DNA from: Oopsacas minuta | Lineage: Eukaryota; Animalia; Porifera | Assembly (NCBI GenBank): GCA_024704765.1 | Contig: JAKMXF010000066.1 | Coordinates: 989,883 to 1,053,882, forward strand | Direction: 5' to 3' | Length of the DNA stretch: 64,000 nt | Shown: positions 1-10,100 of the stretch, one piece after another | Layout: each line of letters begins with the position of its first letter | How positions within the stretch are numbered: position 1 is the stretch's first letter | The notes under the pieces: generated by a model | Databases searched by the model: none | The model's input: only the letters and a program-made list of their open reading frames with translations | Told to the model about the DNA's origin: nothing | Program-made: the position numbers and the translations under genes

Positions 1-3000
1 CAGGTACTCAGAGCTAAGGCCCTCTCACGGTTAGCTAACATTGATCCGAGTCCTGTTCGAACGCGGGTTAATACTCCACTGGATTACAATAGCCCTGGGC
101 TAGCATGGAATGTTGATTTCATTTCTATAGAACAGTTTAGTCAGCTGACTGAATTCTTTTGGGGTAAGTGCTTGTTGTAAATATAATTAGAAATTTTGCA
201 ATATATTTATAATGAGCAATTCTAGGAACTTGTCCAGAATCTGAATTGGTAGAAAACTTATTAGCATTTATAAGAGAGGGATATATAGAGACAGAGTATG
301 AGAGAGAAGAGAGATTGAGAGAAGATTGGCTTCAGAAGTTAAGAATTAATCAGTATAGACACTTAGTCAGACTATACACTATCTGGGATAATGATAGAGC
401 TGGATATATTAGCAGGGAAGAGTTTATAAGTAAGCTCCTAGCTCGAACACTAGTTGATGCTATCACTAGCATAATATTTAGCTTAAAATTATATTTCTTT
501 GTATCAGCGGCTCTGGCCTCCATGTTTCGATAGGTCTATAATACTAAATTCCATTCCTCTTATAAATAGCATATTCTATCTTACATACAACAATATTGAC
601 ATATTTCTAATCACCAGCATGGCAGCTGGCTCAATTAGCGCCCCTACAGTAATTCCTCTCCGTATACCTACTTCATTTTCACAGAGCAAGCTCTGTATAG
701 ACACAAACACTCCGATAGAACTATGCTCACCCTCTCCAAATGTTAAGATATACTACTCTCTGAATGGAATTAAACCTAATCCTTATAAGAAAGATTTCAA
801 AAAGTCTTCAACATTTCCTTATACAGCTCCCTTCACACTATGCATAGGCAAACATACGATAAAAGCTCTTGCTATTACAAATGATAAGCAAGCACAGAGT
901 GGTACAGTAACAAAGGTATTTACTGTGGTTGAGCCTCAGATTATAGTGCATAAGCCTGTTGCAGAAAAACCCGTATCAGAAAATACTCCAGCTGTTGATG
1001 ATATAGGGAAGGCTAGGCCAGTTTCTCAAGAAACTTGTGATATGATTAAACCTTCTATTCTTACTCCACAGTCTCCTAAGGTTATTTCTAGGCCAAATTC
1101 TGGACGTCCATCTTCAGGTAAATCTAAGTACCATCAATTCCCGTTATATCGAAGCTCTATGTATCGCGATAATTACTTCGATATGACGAGAGTTGACTAT
1201 TTTATTTGAATCTCTGTTATAGTGAAGGCAACTTCCATTACCTTCGAAGACAGTCTAACTCAGGCTCAGTCTCAGCTAAAATTATCAACCCGATCTCTTT
1301 CCCATTTATCAAATGCTCCTAGCTTAAAGAGCTCAGAAGTAATGAGCACAGCACAAGATACAATAAAGCTACTACAAGAGACTAATTATTTACAGTGTAT
1401 ATTCTGTTTCTGTCCGCGTCCCTCTGATCCGTTTTCCCGTCACTGCCCTCAATGCGGTTCTCCTCTCCCAACTCTACCATCTGCTTCTAAGGATCTCACT
1501 ATCCCACCTCCTGGTACAATTGGACAGTGTCTTGAATGTAAATGTTCTGTTCCTTTGAACCTCAGTCACTGTGTAGTCTGTGAAGCTAATCTAACTCCCA
1601 GACTACTCCCGCAATCTTCACATGTTTTAAAGGAGAAATTGCTCTGTTTATCATGTGGAACTGCGAACCCAGACGGAACTTTCAAATGTTTAACATGCGA
1701 GAATTTACTATCCACAGAGGAGGGTTTAATAAAGCCTAAGAACATTGGTGATACCTTGAAGTGTCCATTTTGCTCTGCTTATAACGGGAGACGTTATATA
1801 TTCTGTGTAGCATGTGGGTATAGGATTAAACCAAAGTATACAGGAGGTAGTGACAGTGATCATACTCTAGATGTTGATATTATAGAAGATTCTAGAACAA
1901 CTAATTCTATAGCTACACAAACTCAAGGTATATTCTTTCCATCTTCTAAATCAATCGAACTTAAAGGAGAAACTTCCCCTGTAAAAGAGGTTGTTAAAAA
2001 ACGCGAAAATGCGTCACTGAAAGCCTTCAGCCCCGGGAATGGCTACTGGAGACAACAAACCGACCATATATGCGGCCATCTACGTTCTTATATTCAATCT
2101 AATGCAGATTTCCAGCAAGTATTAGGCAAGCCGTGTATAGGTAGAATAAAAACTGCTACACTACACACGGATGACCAGCATCAGGCTGTTATGCAAATAT
2201 TCTTCAATCTTAAGCCTCAAGCAGAGAATAACGTAATAGAGAATATAAGTAAATTGAAATTAGATGAAGATGATTCTGTTATAAGCGAGACTAATGGTAA
2301 AGCAAAAAAAGGAAAGAATAAAGCAAAAAGAAAGTCTTTAAAGCCGGCTAAATCAGTTGATGATCATCTCTTGTTGAAGGAAATCATCAGCACATCAAGG
2401 GATAGAGTCATAGAACAATTGCTAGAGGGTGGAGCTAATGCTAACTCTTTCCATGCAGGTAAACCTATACTAAACAAGGCTATTGAAGTTGATAGTCATG
2501 ACGGTGTAATAGAATTACTGCTACAACATGGAGCAGATGTTAATCTACAAGATAAGGAGGGTAATACAAGTCTGCATGTAGCAGTTAAATCAGGTGATTT
2601 TGGTGTAGATCTGATGGATACGTTGTTAGAACACAATGGAGACCCCTTGATGAAGAATAATAACGGTGATTCTGTGTATACTCTAGCTGTTAATCACGAG
2701 AAGTTAATGCAGAAATTGTCTGCACACATCGGGAGTAGTGCATTACATGCAGAAGTAACTTCTAAGCAGAGTTTATCCTCACTCATTTCATAGCTAACAT
2801 TTATGCCAAAGTACAAATAATGTATTCTTTGCTATTTATCCTATTTAATTGTTTGGAGAGTACTTACATTAACGAGCTATTTGATATGGATGATTCTGTG
2901 TTTGTTTGCCTCTATAGATCATATCTAATTCTGTTTAGAAATCATCAATTCCTGGCCTAGAAGCGGCGAATTCTCCAAACTTTCAAAAGTCAAAGAATTA

Positions 3001-5624
3001 TTAGAAGAGTTTCCGTTTCAGAATGGAGATATAGTCTCAAGAGAAGAAGTCTTATCTATTCTAGCTGATGTCTGTATTTGTTTGGAAAATGAAATTGATT
3101 TCCAAGAATATATTGAGGTTATTGTGCGATCAGGGTATGGTGATTTTAGGTAAATTTATATGTTATGCTTTCCTTAGTTTGTTCAGAGAAGTATAAAATT
3201 TACTCAAGAAGAGAAACAGCGAGGGCTCACTCGTACTGGATGGCTAGAAAATATTATTATAGCTAGTCGTACATGTGGACTAACATATGACACGATATTC
3301 AAGGTAGCTTTAGGTTGTATTTATAAAGATAATGAGAACCATGGATTTAGTAAAAGAGCTAGATGTAACGTTGGTGAGTTTGAGAGATGTCAGTTAGAAT
3401 TTTATAATTTTTCTGAAAGTGCCAAAATGGAAGTTCTCACAAATTGACCACTATTAGTTTATTGGGCCAAAGATCATACAAGTTCTCATTTAGGCTTGCT
3501 AGAGTATTTACAAGGCAAGAAAGCACTGCATTACGTCACAGCATCTCAAGATGATCAAGATGGTGTTGTAGGTAAAATATTGCGTGAAGGACAGAAGTGT
3601 CTTGGATTTTCTGTAGTCCAAACTGGCCGTATGATCCATATTCCAAAAATACTAGTGAGTGGATATTGTTATAGTAATTAGCCCTCTATGATTCAGCTCT
3701 TATTTAGGAAACAAAACAACCTATACATTTCTTTTATCCAAAAAGAAAAGTACTTGACCGTGAGAGAAATGGTGCATTCATTTGCTGCCCATTGTTACAC
3801 CCCAAAGGACATGTAATAGGTGTGTTAGGGATAGATACATTAGCTGAGATGGAGAAGAAGGATTATTTGCCTCATGAGATTTCTTTCTATCAGGGAGTGG
3901 CCAAAACATTAGGTATGAAAACTACTAGATATTGTATTTACCGTGATTCAAATTTGTTTACAAATTCTCTCGAATTTCCATACACGTATTAAGTTTGCGT
4001 GCATATTATACGGATTTTCGTATGTTTCCATATGCTTATGATATCCTACTAGGATATTTCTTATACTTCTCCCTCCTAAATGTCCGTGGAAATATCCAAC
4101 CTTAGCTAAGTGGTGGGTATTTCACGGACATTTAGGAGTGGCCTTTTGATCTCCCGCAAACCCCTCGCTCTCAATTAAGAGATTGCAGGGTCGCTAGCGC
4201 AGGAGACCTCCAGGCCGGGCTGTGGCTAGCTTCACTCCTCAAAAAGAGTGAAAACTAGCCAAAAACGAAGAAAGCTGCAATCAGATTAGGGGTCTATCGG
4301 AATAGCCTGCAAAATCTCCTTCCACTCTAACATGTTAACTAACAAAGTCAAACTGATAAAGATTATAAAAGAGATTTTGTCTATGGATACAGTATGATTT
4401 GAATTGTGTTCCCAGGTTTATATACTGTTTACTAGGCCTATAGTTTGCATAGAATAATTATGCCTACAATTCAAAACAATATCTCAATTATTCCTAATTT
4501 AGAACTTTTAATATTTCTCTCTAATTTTTAAACTACAGTGTGGAGAGAGTTATCATTCATCTTTCAATAGGGGAAGCTTATTCTCATGTTGAATTGCGAA
4601 TAAAACTAGTAAAGATCCTTCACTCAGCGTTTAGATGGACATTGAGTAAAGTTGAGCCGATCAATAAAATTTCAGTATTTATAGTAGAAGATTCCCCTAC
4701 CCACAGATCGGATGCAGGCTATATCCTGCGAAAGGTCTTGACAATGCATCAAGGCGAGAGAGACCCGATAGAAGATGCAATTGCAGCCAGAATATTCCGA
4801 AAAGATGACGTATTCAAGGAGTATTTATTCGAATGTGCTGAGAACTCAGAACCAACTAGTACTGAAACATTTGGACGTTTACATTGGACTATTCCAGTTC
4901 GAGATAGTGAAGGAAATCCTATGGCAGTTATTGATATAGAAATAAGAGGACGACTGACTAAACCTGATGAAGAGAATATACATTGGATGGTAATATTCAT
5001 TTATCAAATCAAGATTAAAATTGTTTATCCAGCATTCCTATAGGCCCGTTTGGTAACTATAGCTGTGCTAGAGCTATCTCAAGGCTACAGAGAACCACCT
5101 AAACCTCATGTATTAGAAGTAGAAGACATAGACGAGAAGAATAGACTAGCTGTACTATTCAGTAGAGTTCTGCTGACAGATCTACGTAGAAATGTTCGTA
5201 ACGTTGTTTTACGCCTGAATTATTCGTGCATAACATTTGATTCATTTTGTAGGTAGAAAAGTTGGATTCAGAAGCCTATGCAGAAATAAAATCATACATA
5301 GATCCCCCTAAGGTTATACACGATGTGCTGAGAGCTGTTTTATACATTTTCAACCCAGAAAAATCTGAAACATTCAAACTATGGCGTAATTGCAAACAGT
5401 CTGTTAACATGGATCTGAGTAAATCCATCGCCATGTATGACCCTACATCATGTCGTGATAACATAGAGGTAAAGGAATTACAGGAATTATTATCTGTTGT
5501 GCCAGTGGGTGAGGTAGAAAAGCACGGCTCACAACCTGCCAAATGTCTCCATGATTGGTCTCTCGTGTGTTTGTCATTGTTAGAACACACTGATCGTATG
5601 AAGGAAGCTTTCGGCGGGAAATAA
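1..5624 (+). CDS. EFCAB5: EF-hand calcium-binding domain protein 5-like (multi-exon, 5' end outside window)
   Basis: Phase-consistent exons 1-163, 226-429, 2939-3117, 3178-3373, ~3494-3654, 3708-3912, 4571-4989, 5044-~5193, 5253-5624 with GT-AG introns. Peptides FIREGYIETE..WDNDRAGYIS (EF-hand-like), GVLGIDTL..LPHEISFYQGVAK and GAF-like segments follow human EFCAB5 in order (comparison from memory). Confidence 0.85.
619..2793 (+). CDS. DZANK1: Double zinc ribbon and ankyrin repeat protein 1 (nested in EFCAB5 intron)
   Basis: ATG 619 MAAGSISAPTVIPLRIP..IYYSLNGIKP matches the DZANK1 N-terminus. In-phase intron 1118-1222, repeated CxxC zinc ribbons, C-terminal ankyrin repeats. Confidence 0.9.
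4073..4138. repeat. Long inverted repeat / hairpin in EFCAB5 intron
   Basis: Perfect 16-bp arms ctcctaaatgtccgtg (4073-4088) and cacggacatttaggag (4123-4138), extended inward by aaatatcca/tgggtattt and a palindromic cttagctaag core. Confidence 0.9.
4133..4329 (-). ncRNA. Candidate structured non-coding RNA (unassigned family), intronic
   Basis: About 50% GC island in AT-rich DNA with nested helices: 4136-4141/4322-4327, 4160-4165/4288-4293, 4181-4188/4275-4282 and hairpin 4224-4260. The outer helix extends via several G-U pairs only on the minus strand. Confidence 0.35.
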
Positions 5625-5955
5625 CTCTGAAACTGAATTCTTAAGAGTACGTACTAACTTATTTATTTTGCTAATTGTAACCATTCTAATATTCACTCTG
5701 TTAAAGTCCGTTAATTCGTTATTTCGAATCCAGTTTGGGTAAGTAAATTCAAATACAATTTATGCTGTCTGCACAGATGGATTTTCGAGCCCAAATTTCC
5801 CTGTATATTCATCCGCACAAAACAAACGATCAATACTGAATTCACTTTCTTTTAATCATGCTCAACAATGGATACATAAATTCACGATATTTATCGTGTA
5901 ATTATAATTACATAATTTTCGGGGGTTGTTTGATACTATTATATTGCCCTTGTAT

Positions 5956-6699
5956 TTATTTCAGGGCAGCCTTTAGTCCCACCTTAATACCGAGTTTCTT
6001 CAGACCCTCTTGCTTAGTTTTGGTTGATATTTTGTATAGCATTTGAATAGTATTATAGAACATGTCCTCAACACTAGTACCTCCCATACAGGTAGTTTCA
6101 TAGTAGTATAGGTCGTTAAACTGTGCATACTCCCTCGCATCTGCTGAGGAAACTTCTCGTTTGTCTTTCGCATCAACTTTATTACCGATTAATACATATA
6201 CAACAGCTGGAGAATCTGCTTTGGCTTTCATAAGCCAATTTTGAATTGACTCAAAGCTTCTCTTATCTGTTAATGAGAATACAAGCAAGATAGCACAACA
6301 TTTTTTGTAGTAACTTGATGCAAACATTTTGAAAGAAGAGTGACCCGCTGCATCCCATATATTAACAACAAGATTATTATCGTCAACTTTTGCGTAAGCT
6401 GTTTGGAAATCAACGACTAGAGTACTGGGTTGACAGGAATTGAACTCTCTGTCGAGATAATAATCTTTCAAGCATGATTTCCCTACATTGCTATCTCCGA
6501 TAAGTATTATGTTATACGCGTATTTGTATGGTTGAGATTTGTATTCTATTATCTCTACTGGTGTGCTTAACTGTACGGATATAGGAGTGTGAATAGAGTC
6601 CTTGTATTCGTTAGCTATACTTCCTGATGGCTCAATAGATGGAGTACTGTGTAATCTCTTTCTGTTGAGTATTTGTCTGAAAGGCCTGGTTATAGACAT
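5956..6699 (-). CDS. Atypical Rab-like small GTPase
   Basis: GDSNVGKS P-loop, WDAAGH (G3), GNKVD (G4), ETT (G5); N-terminal extension; no C-terminal cysteine; single exon. Confidence 0.85.
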   Translation of the reverse strand: MSITRPFRQILNRKRLHSTPSIEPSGSIANEYKDSIHTPISVQLSTPVEIIEYKSQPYKYAYNIILIGDSNVGKSCLKDYYLDREFNSCQPSTLVVDFQTAYAKVDDNNLVVNIWDAAGHSSFKMFASSYYKKCCAILLVFSLTDKRSFESIQNWLMKAKADSPAVVYVLIGNKVDAKDKREVSSADAREYAQFNDLYYYETTCMGGTSVEDMFYNTIQMLYKISTKTKQEGLKKLGIKVGLKAALK

Positions 6700-7179
6700 C
6701 TTGCTATTAAAAAAAATTGATAAATATTAATGGAGAAAATCAATTGAATTTATTCAAACTGGCACTGTTGATTGGAGGCACTAAACAGATTTACATTTTG
6801 TCCCCCAATATATATTGCCTCAAATTCATAATTTCGCTATGCTGTCGGCACAGGTTGCAGTTATATCAAATACCTTGTTACGTATTTAGAAGTGGAATAC
6901 ATTATGTGTGGGATTATTCTTGTATTACGATATTCCCTGATTGAATAAATTTATATTAATTAATCTGCCTATTTATTAACCATTCCTTTTGAATAGCTTA
7001 CATTCTTGATTACAAATGAAGTTATTTGGGAAAGATTACCCATTTTGAGAATTAATAATTCTTACCTTATTCAATGCCTGATGATCAAATTTCTCTTTTT
7101 GGAATTTACCCGAAATCAACTGACTTAAGACATTTATTAATTTTAAAATTTCAGTCACTAATTAGTTAGTAGAATAGAG

Positions 7180-10100
7180 ATGAGCAGTTCAGAGGAAGTA
7201 TCATGGATAACATGGTTCTGTGGTTTGAGAGGGAATGAATTTTTCTGTGAAGTAGACGAGGACTATATTCAAGATAAATTCAACTTAACAGGCCTCAGTG
7301 AGCAGGTTCCTCACTATAGACAAGCTCTAGACATGATCCTTGACTTAGAACCAGATGATGAGTTGGAAGAAAATCAAAATGACGTAGTTGAGCAAGCAGC
7401 TGAGATGTTATATGGGCTTATACATGCAAGGTTAATTGGATGGATTTCTGATTTTTAATATTTCTCAATTTACATTTTCCTGATTTTAGGTATATTCTGA
7501 CTAATCGGGGTCTCGCTCAGATGATAGAGAAATATCAAAACGGAGATTTCGGCCACTGTAGCAGAGTATTCTGTGACAATCAGCCTGTACTACCCATTGG
7601 TTTATCAGATATTCCTAATGAAGCAATGGTGAAGTTATACTGTCCTAAATGTCAAGACGTGTATAACCCTAAATCATCCAGACACCATCATATTGACGGA
7701 TGTTTCTTTGGTACTACTTTCCCTCATATGCTGTTTATGGTGAGAATTATATTTAGAAATTTTACCCAATATTTTCTCTCATTTGTGACGAATACGATCC
7801 CTCTTATAGTCATAGTATTTCTGATGTTGCTTTGGGCAAATGATTAGTTTGGATATCAGTTTACAATTAGGCTTGTCTTCAGGATAAATCAAATAATTGA
7901 TATTCACTTTAATAAATTCATTTCCAAATTGATTTGTTCACTCGAAATGATAATCGTTATACTCTTCGCTCTGCTGATAACTCCATCTATCTCTACTAAA
8001 TTAGATGGAGATATCCATCCAGTCAATTGTTCGAAACCTAACTCCATTTTCGAAACCATATATTCACAATTCAACCAATCAAACTCCATTGAAACCTACA
8101 ATAACTACACTCAAACACTTCGTTTTACGGAATGCAACCTCAATCAAGCAATGTTCTCTGCAGCTACACAGCCATTCCTTATCTTCTCCATAGAATCTGA
8201 ATGTAGTACAATAAACCTAACAAGTAATATAACATTCTATTCTGCTACCAAGGCAATGTCATTAACATACATAACTAGTCCTGATGCTAAACACCCAAAG
8301 ACAATAGATTGTAATGGGTACTCGTTTCAAATGCAAGGTTACTCTCGTGTCGTATTCTCGAATTTAGTTTTCATAAACGGTCATCCCGCCCTAAATCTGG
8401 TTGAATCAGCTGGTACTACTCATGTTTGTAACGTAACCTTTGATGGTAACCATGACAACACAAATACAAGTGGTATACACCTTGTATGTAGTAGTCTATA
8501 CGTCTATACATGTATATTTACTCGCTATATAACAACCTTCTATACTGATAAGCTACATAACGAGTATATGGAGAGAACACCACCATTTGATAATTACAAT
8601 GATACTATTAGCGGTGGAGCTTTAACTGGGATATTCTGGCATTCAGATTTCGAGGCTATCATCTCGATACGCGATACTATATTCTCTGATAATGAAGTGA
8701 AGAATCGCTCTATCGGCATCGGCAATTCTACTATGGTTTCTTGGTCAACTGGTGGCGGTGTCCTATTCATATTTAAGAATCATACAGTCAGTAACCATAT
8801 AGAAATAATCGATTCGAAATTTGAGAATAACACGGCTGGGGCGATGGGTGGTGGTCTATTTGCAACGTTCCATGAATACGCGGCTAATAACACTGTTAAA
8901 ATTACCAATACATTATTCAGTGGTAACAAGGCATTCGTACACAGCGGTGGTATGGGAGTGTATCATGACGGTTTTAGTATAAATAACGGAATTTATCTTA
9001 CGAAAGTTAAATTTACAAGTAATTATTGTTTCAGAGCAGGTGGAGGATTCAATATAGAATATAATTTCAATTATCCAAAAGCAGTACAGACCTTTAGTGA
9101 TTTCGTTCTCCATTATCCATCTTTTACTACATTTCCTGCGCCATTATTTCTAACAGAGTGTGTGTTTAATAATAATAACAGTACTCTGGATGCTGCGGCT
9201 TTTCAAGCCTGGGCGTTCGTTTCTTATCTAATTCATCCATCAGCTGTTGTCTTAGAGAACTGTACTTTCTTCAATAATCACGCTAAAGGCTACGCAGCTA
9301 TCCTAGCTTCTGGTGTTACGTTAATATTCAAGGGTGAAACAAAGATCCTCAATAATTCCAATAGCGGATTATATCTCACACACGCATCAACACAACTCAT
9401 AGGTTCAATATATTTCGTAGGTAATATTAATCACAACCCAGGAAGCGGAGGAGGAGGCTTACGAATGTATGATGGATCGTATGTGTATATTAATATACAT
9501 ACTAAGTTGAATTTCACTGAGAACATCGCATCTATAGGCCCAGCTATATACATTGACACTGGAGTATTACATAACGCAGATTATAACGTATTCTTCGCAT
9601 CTGATTGTTCAATGCAGGCTGTTAACTATAACGAGACCCTCATTACCCCTACATTGGGTGTAAATATACATTTCATTCTAGAAGGTAACCTCGCAAGGCA
9701 TGCAGATGGTAGACTTAGAAAGCCTAATTATCCTATGTTCATGACTAACCTGGATGATTGTATACCTGGCAGTTTGAATTCGTTACTAGAGCCTAATGGT
9801 ACTCTCCCACCGGATGAATATGAGATGTTTGTTACCCTAGGGAATATGCATATACTAAAACGACTTCTTCATCTGTATATTCAAACTGACCCATCAGAGG
9901 TTGAAACTGTAAATATCCATAGAACGTCTTCTGTAGAAGTATTGTTTGGATATCCAGGGCAGGAGATTGGTATCCCATCTCTGAAAGCCGTCGACCAGCT
10001 TGGCACTCGGACGAAAGCAACTCTGTTTTTGCAATCTAATTTTAAAGAGTCTGTCGTTGTATACCCGGATGTAATAGTCGTCGAGAAAAATGTCACCCAA

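Noticed and set aside
4073-4335. Telomerase RNA, H/ACA snoRNA, SL RNA or HDV-like ribozyme identity for the structured intronic element
   Set aside because: No CUAACCCU template. The ANANNA and ACA matches are too short to be significant. There is no canonical Sm site (CGUUUUUGG only), and no consistent P1/P2/P3 HDV pseudoknot could be built.
7078-7115. CTGATGA...CGAAA spacing resembling a hammerhead, or a C/D box pair
   Set aside because: No valid stem II closing pair or stems I/III; too short and no terminal stem for a snoRNA.
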